Shown: positions 25,649 through 33,976 of the stretch, piece by piece
Numbering within the stretch: the stretch's first letter is position 1
Layout of the letters: every line of letters starts with the position of its first letter
NCBI GenBank assembly: GCA_947085855.1
Contig: CAMTYB010000001.1
Span: 469,788-533,787 of the forward strand
Length of the DNA stretch: 64,000 nt
Source of the DNA: an uncultured Candidatus Saccharibacteria bacterium
GTDB lineage: Bacteria; Patescibacteriota; Saccharimonadia; Saccharimonadales; 2-12-FULL-41-12
Direction: 5' to 3'
Position numbers and translations under genes: made by a program
The notes under the pieces: generated by a model
Told to the model about the DNA's origin: nothing
Seen by the model: only the letters and a program-made list of their open reading frames with translations
Databases searched by the model: none

Positions 25649-26581
25649 ATGAATCCAAACGATCAGCTAAATCAAACCCCCGGCCAGGCTCCACCAGCTG
25701 GACAGCCCCTTCAGAGACAACCCCTGGGACCGCAGCAGCCTACTCAACAGATCGATCCTCGAGCTAATTTTTTGCCAGCTATGAATCCAGGCGTCGTTAT
25801 ACCTGGCAATCCGAACGACTCGGTCAAAACGCCCGCCGGATCTCGACAGGCTATCAACCCAAACAGTACGCAAAATAATCTTCAGATCGCTGAAATTCGT
25901 GACGGCGTTGTGATCATGAATGATGGCTCATTTCGATCTGTAGTGATGGTGAAATCAATCAACTTTGACTTGATGAGTCCGGCCGAGCGAGAAGGTGTTG
26001 AGTTTAGCTATCAGGGCTTTCTTAATTCACTCTACTTTCCACTTCAGATTTTTATTCGCTCCGAAAAAGTCGACATCCGGCCGTACATTGAAAAGCTCGA
26101 TAAAATCCGTTCCGAACATGACAACATGCTCCTCGCCTTGCTGATGGACGACTACATTACATACATCGACCAGGTCGCTGCCCAAACTAATATCATGGAT
26201 AAAAAATTTTACTTAGTTATCCCATTCTTCCCAGTTATCGAGGCCGAGAAGTCATACACTTCGAGCAAGAATTTACTTGATGGCGTCGTTAAGTTGTTTG
26301 GTAACGCCAAAACCCATGTCGTTATTAATGAAAAGCACCTAGAAGAAGCCAAGACGGAATTACGTAACCGTGTGCAAGCTGTGTTAGGCGGCCTTCAGCA
26401 ATGCGGAGTACAGGGCCTGCCGCTTGATACCCAAGAACTCATTGAATTGTATTACGACACCTACAATCCGGATACTGCGACCCGGCAACAGCTGAAAAAT
26501 TTTGATGATCTGCAGGTCCCCATTGTCACCAAAGGCGACGGCCAAGCTCCGCAACCAAGTCTTGATCGGGAGCTACAGTAA
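25649..26581 (+). CDS. VirB4 N-terminal-domain-like protein lacking an ATPase domain
   Basis: 'DGSFRSVVMVKSINFDLMSPAEREGVEFSYQGFLNSLYFPLQIFIRSEKVDIRPYIEKL' resembles the N-terminal domain of Tn916-Orf16/TcpF-type VirB4 proteins. No Walker motifs. Its stop overlaps the next ATG (taATG). Confidence 0.45.
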   Translation: MNPNDQLNQTPGQAPPAGQPLQRQPLGPQQPTQQIDPRANFLPAMNPGVVIPGNPNDSVKTPAGSRQAINPNSTQNNLQIAEIRDGVVIMNDGSFRSVVMVKSINFDLMSPAEREGVEFSYQGFLNSLYFPLQIFIRSEKVDIRPYIEKLDKIRSEHDNMLLALLMDDYITYIDQVAAQTNIMDKKFYLVIPFFPVIEAEKSYTSSKNLLDGVVKLFGNAKTHVVINEKHLEEAKTELRNRVQAVLGGLQQCGVQGLPLDTQELIELYYDTYNPDTATRQQLKNFDDLQVPIVTKGDGQAPQPSLDRELQ

Positions 26582-28503
26582 TGGCGTTTGGTAAAAAGAA
26601 TAATCAGCCGCCAGCCGACCCAATTGCGATTGCGCAGGCTCAGCGAGTCCGCGAAGAACAAGAGGTAGAGCAGGCCTTCAAAAAGGGCATCACAGCACTT
26701 CGAGACTTCATTGCGCCGAGTTCAATTGAATATTCCAAGACCCACTTTCAACTTGGTACCCGCTTTGCACGCACCTACTATGTGTACGGTTACCCACGAC
26801 AACTTACCACTGGCTGGCTATCCAGCATGGTCAACCTTGATGAAATCATGGACCTTTCACTGTATGTATACCCGGTAGAAAGCCAAGTCGTGCTCGAGAA
26901 TCTGCGCAAAAAAGTTGCCCAGCTTGAAGCAGGCATTATGATTGACGCCGAAAAGGGCCGCGTCCGTGACCCAGCCAAGCAATCAGCTATTTTGGACGCC
27001 GAGGAAATGCGTAGCAAGCTACAGGTAGGAGAAGAGCGCTTCTTCCGCTTTGGCTTTTACTTCACCATCTATGGAAACTCTATGGAAGATCTTGAATTTG
27101 TGGCCAACAAAGTTGAATCGATTCTTGGCCAGCAACTGGTGTATTCAAAGGCAGCTAGTAGCCAGCAGGAGCAGGGCCTTAACAGTACAGTGCCGCAGTT
27201 TACTGATCAACTTCAAGTCCGTCGCAACATGAACACCGGCGCCGTCAGTACGAGTTTTCCATTTACCAGTGCTGACCTGACCCAAGACAATGGCATTCTG
27301 TATGGCATCAATATGCATAACTCTGGCCTCGTTATCTTTGACCGTTTTACTCTTGAGAACGGTAACGCTGTCGTCTTTGCTAAGTCTGGTGCTGGTAAGA
27401 GCTTTACAGTAAAACTAGAAGCCCTCCGCAGTATGATGCTCGGAATCGAGATCTTCATTGTCGACCCAGAGAATGAGTACCAACGCATGTGCGAAGCTGT
27501 TGGTGGTGCCTATGTGCGATTAAGCCTGAGCTCTGCCACGCGCATTAATCCTTTTGACTTGCCTCGAGTTATTGACACTGAAGAGGCCGATAATGCACTC
27601 CGCAGCAACTTGATTACGCTCCACGGCCTGTTGCGCCTCATGATGGGCGGTGCGGCTGCTCAGGTAACCGGACAAGGTGTCCTAAACACCAATGCCTTAA
27701 GCCCGGCAGAAGAAGCTGACCTTGATGCCGCTTTGATAGAAACCTACGCCAAAGCTGGCATTACGAATGACCCTTTGACGCACACTGCTACGCCACCGAC
27801 TATCAATGACCTGTACGACACACTGCTGCACATGGGAGGCAATGGTCCTTCGTTAGCCCAACGTTTGCGCAAGTATACGAGCGGTACGTTTGCTGGCATC
27901 TTTTCACAACAAAGCAACATCAACATCAACAATCCGATGGTGGTCTTCAATATTCGTGATCTAGAAGACGAACTACGTCCAGTGGCTATGTATATTGTCT
28001 TGAATTTTATTTGGAACCGAACTAAGAGTGACCAGAAGCGCCGAGTCCTGGTGGTTGACGAAGCCTGGCAACTCATGAAGTATGAAGATAGCGCTAACTT
28101 CTTATTTAGTCTGGCCAAACGAGCCCGTAAGTATAATTTGGGTATTTCTACTATCACCCAAGACGTGGAAGACTTTATGGGCTCCCGCATGGGTCGCGCA
28201 ATCGTTGCCAACTCTTCTATGCAGATACTCCTGAAGCAATCGCCTTCGGCTGTTGACGTTTTGGCAGATGTATTTAAGCTTACGAGCGAGGAACGAAAAC
28301 GTCTGAGTCAGTTCCCAGTCGGTCAGGGTCTCTTCTTTGCGGGCCAAAACCACGTTCATATCCAGATTACCGCCAGTCCAACCGAACAAAACCTTATTAC
28401 GACTAACCCCGAGCAAGTGAAACAGATCCAGCAAGCAGGTGAAATTGCAGCTGGACAAGGCACCATTGACCTCCAAAATCGCTTGCAGCCGGGCAGCATG
28501 TAA
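26581..28503 (+). CDS. virB4: VirB4/TrsE-type T4SS ATPase
   Basis: Walker A 'AKSGAGKSF' and Walker B 'VLVVDEAWQLM'. N-terminal 'ARTYYVYGYPRQLTTGWLSSMV' is typical of Gram-positive VirB4. 'ISTITQDVEDF' is a motif C-like segment. Confidence 0.85.
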   Translation: MAFGKKNNQPPADPIAIAQAQRVREEQEVEQAFKKGITALRDFIAPSSIEYSKTHFQLGTRFARTYYVYGYPRQLTTGWLSSMVNLDEIMDLSLYVYPVESQVVLENLRKKVAQLEAGIMIDAEKGRVRDPAKQSAILDAEEMRSKLQVGEERFFRFGFYFTIYGNSMEDLEFVANKVESILGQQLVYSKAASSQQEQGLNSTVPQFTDQLQVRRNMNTGAVSTSFPFTSADLTQDNGILYGINMHNSGLVIFDRFTLENGNAVVFAKSGAGKSFTVKLEALRSMMLGIEIFIVDPENEYQRMCEAVGGAYVRLSLSSATRINPFDLPRVIDTEEADNALRSNLITLHGLLRLMMGGAAAQVTGQGVLNTNALSPAEEADLDAALIETYAKAGITNDPLTHTATPPTINDLYDTLLHMGGNGPSLAQRLRKYTSGTFAGIFSQQSNININNPMVVFNIRDLEDELRPVAMYIVLNFIWNRTKSDQKRRVLVVDEAWQLMKYEDSANFLFSLAKRARKYNLGISTITQDVEDFMGSRMGRAIVANSSMQILLKQSPSAVDVLADVFKLTSEERKRLSQFPVGQGLFFAGQNHVHIQITASPTEQNLITTNPEQVKQIQQAGEIAAGQGTIDLQNRLQPGSM

Positions 28504-28582
28504 TTTTAGCCTTTTCTACCGTATACTAGAGGTATAGACGGTGAACCATGGGGGCATAGTAAACCACTAACAACACGCAATT

Positions 28583-31500
28583 ATGGCAACACAAACACCT
28601 AAAAAAGATGACACACACGGCGAGGAGCAGGTAACACCTCGTTTTGGTGGTGGGCAGGAGCCTGGCGAACAAAGCTTTGGCAAGGTCTACGACGACCAAG
28701 GACCACAGTCAGGCAACTTACTTGAAACTGACAAGTATAATGACCGGCAGTTTAGTCCGACCGCTTCTGGTAGTCGCGATTCTGACCCGGATAGTCCGCG
28801 GCAACTAGATGACAAAGAAAAGGCGGCTGGTAGCGGCAGCTCCGGATCAGTCGACTCTAGTGAGCAGTCCTTTATGGATCGGATCGGATCAATAACGGCT
28901 GCTGGAAAAGCTAAGCGAGAAGCCGCCCAGGGCGGCAGCGAGAGCTTCTACCGCAACGAGGGTTCCGGGGGGCTGCTTGGTCGTCTGACATCGGTCAAAG
29001 GACTGTCCGGCAAGGTTAAGCCCAAGCATATTGCAACCAGCGCCATTATTGGACTCTTAGCCGGTGGCGGTTTTTACTCGGTAGCTATCTTGTCTGGTCC
29101 TTTTCAATTTATACACTTTGCCCAGCACCTGCAAAAACACTTTAAGCCAAACGACGATTTCGGCAATGACCGCACCTCTAAGGTGCTGCTGTACGCCCTA
29201 GCTGGTCAAGGCGGCCAAAATGGACGTCTTGGTGTTGTCGGCAACAAAGTGGCCACCAAGTGGGAGAAGAAGCTTATAGACGAAACCGGCCTGCGCCCGG
29301 TCTACCAAGAAGGAACACGCCGATTTGTTGGCTATGAAATTGTAGACGACAACAAAGCCCAACGTGTTCTAGGGGACATAGGCGAACAAGAGGGACGTAG
29401 GGCCAACAAACTTCAGCAAACGATGGGCAGAGGGGCAGAGATTCGCCAAGTCGGCAATGTAGGGCTCTATAATTCAGATAATAATACGCAACGAATTGAA
29501 GGTAGTAAGCGTTTTGTAGACTTACGATCTGTAAGTTTTGCCGACAGACGAGTCTGGATCAACACAATTACAAACGCCACCGAGACAAATGGTGTATCAG
29601 GTCGCCTCGGTGCCCGCGTTTTGAAGCAGCGCGCCGGCGTAACGCTCCACCCAGTGAATAAAGCAAAGGGCAAGATTGACGCTGCCGCAGCCAAAGCACT
29701 CGAAGATAGACGCCAAAATGCCGTCAGCAATGGCACTAATAGTAGTTCTGGAGAACTGAGGCCGCAGCCTGGCCCTGAGGACGAAGAAGGCAACGCGACC
29801 GCTCCTAATGAAGCCGACGTTGAAGCGAGCGCAGAGACAAAGAGTTATTTTGACGAATTCAAGCAATCGGGCTCATTCAAAACTGCCAAAAGCGCCGCCA
29901 TTGTTACTGGTGTTCTTTGTCTTGCCAAGGCCTTTGGTAACAATGTAGAAGATTACCGTTACACGAACACGGCGCTACCGATGATTCGCTCTGGCATGTT
30001 CGATGTTGCGCTCGGCAATCAAGCAATGTCGGGCGACGATATAGACCTGGCCACAATGGGTGTCTACACAAAAGCACTCTACGATGAAGAGACTAAAACA
30101 TCAGTTGGACAAGCAGCTAGCATTCGGGCAGCTAATGGCAAAACCGGGGGAGTAGAGTTACCGCGTGAGGCTGATCTTGGAAACGTGGGCGAGAAACCGC
30201 GACTATTCAGAATTATTGATGGCATACCTGTCCTTGGCACTGTCTGCGATGTCCAAAATGCCATCGGCAACCTACCGATCATTAAGCAGATTGGCGATGC
30301 CAGCTCTGCAGCCCTAGAAGAATCGGCTTCTGCCGTAGGCGTTAATTTAGATGATTTGACAGAATCAGCTGTGAAAGCAGTGGCCGGTAAGGGTGTTGAT
30401 CCGTCCAAAGCAGGCGGCGTCCGTGGAGCCATTTCAGACACAGGAACTTTTATGGCAGCTGGAGATTCCTCGCGAGCGACCGGTGGCCACCCCCTAACAG
30501 ATGGGGAGCGTGCCAATATTACAGCTCTTAATGAATACTATGAGCAACAAGAGCGTGCCAACAAGCCGATGCTGGCCCGGTACTTCGATCCGTTCGACCA
30601 AAAATCGATTGCTGGCACGATGATAGGCAGCGCGCCTGTTTCGGCTACCCAAGCCGCTGATATGGTTTCAAATCCTATCCGTATCATTGGGTCCAGTCTA
30701 TCAAGCTTGGCTTCCACATTTACTCCTAAGGTCGGAGCCCAAGAAGCTCGGCAATATGATTATGGATTCCCAATGATTGGTCGCTCTTTGACAGAGATGC
30801 GTGACCCTCTCTATGAAAATCCGTACGAGAACGGCCAGCGTAGTCGATCGGATGATGACACCAAAGAATTACCTAAGCTCGAGGACGACCTCGACAGGCT
30901 AAACGAACAGTACGGCAAGATTTGTTACGGAACTACTGTCACCGCCGGAACCGACGGAGTTCATATTAAGCTTCACAAAGAAAATACACCGAACCCGTTC
31001 GAGGTAATAAAGAAGCACCCAGAATGCGATGTCAAAACAAATCGCAATGATCGCTTGAGCCAGTACAGTATGTACCTGGGCGATGCCTTTAATCTTGTCA
31101 CGCTCGATTGTTACGATGGCAACGAAGAAGCTTGTGCCGAAATCGGCGTTGATATCGGCAACAATAACGACCCTAGTGCTACAACCAGCGAACCAGCTGA
31201 AGTAGATGGTGATTTCAAGATTAAGAAGCTTAAAAACACCTTGCCTGGCGCCAGGTCAGGTGGTGAAATTGAACCCAAGGGTATTGTTTTACACTGGTGG
31301 GGCAGTCAGTATAACGAGGGTATTAAAGGCTTAACTGACATCTTTAAGAAAAATGGATTATCGGTACAGGTCGGCATCACATCAGATGGTCAAGTTTACC
31401 AGCTTACTAATAAGCTCACGACCAAGACTAACCATGCAATTGGCGGCAACTCCACTACCATTGGCATAGAAATTGAAGGTGGTCCGAATGAATTTGGCAA

Positions 31501-31720
31501 AGAAGGTATCGAGGAATATCCGGAGAAATTTGAAGCCGTCGTCCAGACCGTAAAATACCTGACTAAGAAGTACAACATCCCCCTTGAAAAGAAGGTTGTT
31601 TGTAATGATGCCAGTGGTGTTCTGCAACACAAAGACTTAAATAAATGCCCCCCAGCAGCCATTAAGAGTGACATTGATGATTACTACTACAACGAGGTGA
31701 TGAAGCGTGTCCGTCAATAA
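28583..31720 (+). CDS. large membrane-anchored protein with C-terminal N-acetylmuramoyl-L-alanine amidase (Amidase_2/PGRP-like) domain
   Basis: 1045 aa with a TM helix 'SAIIGLLAGGGFYSVAILSG' near residue 160. The C-terminus 'GIVLHWWGS...NHAIGGNSTTIGIEIEGG...LQHKDL' matches the Amidase_2 pattern. Its position corresponds to the T4SS-associated hydrolase (PrgK/TcpG analogue). Confidence 0.65.
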   Translation: MATQTPKKDDTHGEEQVTPRFGGGQEPGEQSFGKVYDDQGPQSGNLLETDKYNDRQFSPTASGSRDSDPDSPRQLDDKEKAAGSGSSGSVDSSEQSFMDRIGSITAAGKAKREAAQGGSESFYRNEGSGGLLGRLTSVKGLSGKVKPKHIATSAIIGLLAGGGFYSVAILSGPFQFIHFAQHLQKHFKPNDDFGNDRTSKVLLYALAGQGGQNGRLGVVGNKVATKWEKKLIDETGLRPVYQEGTRRFVGYEIVDDNKAQRVLGDIGEQEGRRANKLQQTMGRGAEIRQVGNVGLYNSDNNTQRIEGSKRFVDLRSVSFADRRVWINTITNATETNGVSGRLGARVLKQRAGVTLHPVNKAKGKIDAAAAKALEDRRQNAVSNGTNSSSGELRPQPGPEDEEGNATAPNEADVEASAETKSYFDEFKQSGSFKTAKSAAIVTGVLCLAKAFGNNVEDYRYTNTALPMIRSGMFDVALGNQAMSGDDIDLATMGVYTKALYDEETKTSVGQAASIRAANGKTGGVELPREADLGNVGEKPRLFRIIDGIPVLGTVCDVQNAIGNLPIIKQIGDASSAALEESASAVGVNLDDLTESAVKAVAGKGVDPSKAGGVRGAISDTGTFMAAGDSSRATGGHPLTDGERANITALNEYYEQQERANKPMLARYFDPFDQKSIAGTMIGSAPVSATQAADMVSNPIRIIGSSLSSLASTFTPKVGAQEARQYDYGFPMIGRSLTEMRDPLYENPYENGQRSRSDDDTKELPKLEDDLDRLNEQYGKICYGTTVTAGTDGVHIKLHKENTPNPFEVIKKHPECDVKTNRNDRLSQYSMYLGDAFNLVTLDCYDGNEEACAEIGVDIGNNNDPSATTSEPAEVDGDFKIKKLKNTLPGARSGGEIEPKGIVLHWWGSQYNEGIKGLTDIFKKNGLSVQVGITSDGQVYQLTNKLTTKTNHAIGGNSTTIGIEIEGGPNEFGKEGIEEYPEKFEAVVQTVKYLTKKYNIPLEKKVVCNDASGVLQHKDLNKCPPAAIKSDIDDYYYNEVMKRVRQ

Positions 31721-33968
31721 GTTCAACACGCGTTCTATACTACAGCGCAGCTTGATTCTGCTTATTATTAGCGTCTTTTCGCTACAAATCTTTGCGTTTG
31801 GTCGCGCCCAAGCTATCACCGAAGAGCAAAAGCGACTGTACCGCCTTGGTATTGGTTACTATGACTTGGCTGCTTGTGGCGCCGTGGCCGCCGGGGTAAC
31901 CGAAGATGCTCCGAGCGAAACAAGTGACGACCTAAAAGACCTGGCTACTCGCATGCTGCAAGAAGGCAACATTACATATTGGACAAATAACGGCGTTAAC
32001 ACTCGTGACGTCGTAAAAGCTTTGTCAGAAGGCAAGAAGGCCTACACTACCTCGCCAGAAGCAGCCTCAAAAGAGGTTGACTTGAATCCAAATATTCTGA
32101 GTTTCATCTTGGAGGCAGCTAAAGATGGTCGCATTATGGTCAATGCCTTGACCGACAAAGATCACTCTTCAAATTCAAATCACTACAAGGGCCTAGCGGT
32201 CGACCTGGATAGTGCCTCTCAAAACACTGCTATCCCGGTAGACAAACTTCAGTCAATAGCCAGCAAGTTTGGGGGCAAAAAGAATTTCGAAACAGGGCAT
32301 CATCACTTTGACTTCACAGAACGGCCAGCCGGCAGTAAGACCGGAAATGGTGGTGAAGGCGGTCCAGAAGACGGCAACGTCAAAAAGGGCGTGTATATGG
32401 TCGGGGATTCGATATCACTGGCGTCTAGAGAAGAGCTGGCCGACAGGTTTCGGGCCAAGAGTCTTGATTTCTACCTAAATGCCTCGGTAAGTCGGTCAAT
32501 CACCGGCAAGGGCACAACTTCAGGCAACAAGACGAGCGGACTTGGGGCGGTCGACGAAGACAAAAAACGCATAGAAAATGCGAGTGTAGTAATTGTAGCG
32601 CTCGGCACCAACCAGAACAATGAATTCCCAAAAACTATCCGCGAACTTACCGATAAAATAAAATCAATAAACGGTGATGCCACTGTTTATTGGGTAAATG
32701 TTTTTAGCGAGGGGAAGGGTAGCAACAAAGTGGACAAACAAAGGATCAATGAGGACATTGAAGAAGTCGCGAAAGGCCAAGGCTTTAGCGTTATAGACAC
32801 TGTCGAGCAAGAGATAGAGCTCGGTGATGATAAAGTGCACCCTACGCCCAAAGGCGAGAAAGCCTTTGCAGAAGCTGTCTCGGTTGGCATTGAAAGCGAA
32901 CGATCAGTTGACTCATCGGCCGACAATTCAAGTATTTGTGAGTGTAACGGTGAACAATTTGACGCTGGTGCTGCTCTGCGTGGTGCCGAAAACGCCGAAA
33001 AGATATGGAACTTCTTTATTGACCAAGACTTCAAGCCATTCCAGGTCGCTGGCATTATGGGTAACATCCAGGTAGAGTCCGGCTTTAACCCACGGGCGCT
33101 CCAACCGAGCACCACTGGCGATGCACCAGTAACCGGTCAGGGATACGGCCTCGTACAATGGACGGACCGACACGAGAATTTGATACGCCGCGCCAAAGAA
33201 AAGAAGGTCAAAATTTACGATTTAGCATTCCAGCTCGACCACATTATGTGGGAGCTAAAAAATACAGAGAAAGCTGCCTATGAAAACTTCAAGAAAACCA
33301 CAAACATTGAAGAGGCATGGAAGGTCTTCTCTAAGGAATATGAGCGACCAGCTCAGTGGGACAACCCCGAGCGCGGCAGAGCAGCTAGAGACGCCATGAC
33401 AAAATTTGGGGGCGGCAGCAGTGATGCTGGCAGTAGCACAACCCCATCTGAAACATCATGTTCTGATACCTCAGATGAGGGCGGTAGTAGCGGCCAGGTA
33501 ACAGGCAAATACAGTTTGCCGGTGGCCCGCAAATGGTACAAACAGCACAAAGACTGGTTCACCAAGCCGCACCACGGTCGAAACCCTGCCTCCGATATAC
33601 CCGTGCCGTCTGGCACACCAGTTTATTCAATGACCGATGGTAAAATCATTCAAGCCCCCACAAACGACCCAAACGGTTGTGGTACTGGAGTGATTATTAT
33701 GAGCGACGACGGTTATGAGTACACGTACTGCCACGGCACCGATGGAGGCAGCATCAAAAATGCCAAGCAAGGGGATACTGTCAAAGCCGGTCAACGAATC
33801 ATGACATCAGGCAATACCGGTCATTCAACCGGCCCCCATTTACATGTTCAGATCAGGGTAGACGGCCAGCTTAAATGCCCTCAAAAATTGTTTGAGAGTA
33901 TTGCCGACGGCAGCCCCAAAAGCGAAAAAACACTATCTAGTGTAGGCTGTAATAGTGGTGGTGCATAG
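31707..33968 (+). CDS. secreted four-module cell-wall hydrolase (M15-like, SGNH, lysozyme-like, M23)
   Basis: GTG start with a GAGGTGA RBS, followed by a signal peptide. 'SNHYKGLAVD' matches SxHxxGxAxD (peptidase M15/VanY-like). SGNH blocks are 'VGDSISL', 'ALGTNQ' and 'DKVHPT'. 'IMGNIQVESGFNP...GYGLVQWT' is phage-tail-lysozyme-like. 'HHGRNPASDIPVPSGTPV' and 'GNTGHSTGPHLHVQI' indicate M23. Confidence 0.7.
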   Translation: MSVNKFNTRSILQRSLILLIISVFSLQIFAFGRAQAITEEQKRLYRLGIGYYDLAACGAVAAGVTEDAPSETSDDLKDLATRMLQEGNITYWTNNGVNTRDVVKALSEGKKAYTTSPEAASKEVDLNPNILSFILEAAKDGRIMVNALTDKDHSSNSNHYKGLAVDLDSASQNTAIPVDKLQSIASKFGGKKNFETGHHHFDFTERPAGSKTGNGGEGGPEDGNVKKGVYMVGDSISLASREELADRFRAKSLDFYLNASVSRSITGKGTTSGNKTSGLGAVDEDKKRIENASVVIVALGTNQNNEFPKTIRELTDKIKSINGDATVYWVNVFSEGKGSNKVDKQRINEDIEEVAKGQGFSVIDTVEQEIELGDDKVHPTPKGEKAFAEAVSVGIESERSVDSSADNSSICECNGEQFDAGAALRGAENAEKIWNFFIDQDFKPFQVAGIMGNIQVESGFNPRALQPSTTGDAPVTGQGYGLVQWTDRHENLIRRAKEKKVKIYDLAFQLDHIMWELKNTEKAAYENFKKTTNIEEAWKVFSKEYERPAQWDNPERGRAARDAMTKFGGGSSDAGSSTTPSETSCSDTSDEGGSSGQVTGKYSLPVARKWYKQHKDWFTKPHHGRNPASDIPVPSGTPVYSMTDGKIIQAPTNDPNGCGTGVIIMSDDGYEYTYCHGTDGGSIKNAKQGDTVKAGQRIMTSGNTGHSTGPHLHVQIRVDGQLKCPQKLFESIADGSPKSEKTLSSVGCNSGGA

Positions 33969-33976
33969 GAAAAATT

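Noticed and set aside
28583-33968. A prophage lysis or tail module, suggested by the amidase, phage-tail-lysozyme-like and M23 domains
   Set aside because: No capsid, portal, terminase, tail-tube, holin, integrase or repressor genes are present. The genes are co-oriented and tightly packed with VirB4/VirB6-like genes, so a T4SS-associated hydrolase role fits better.
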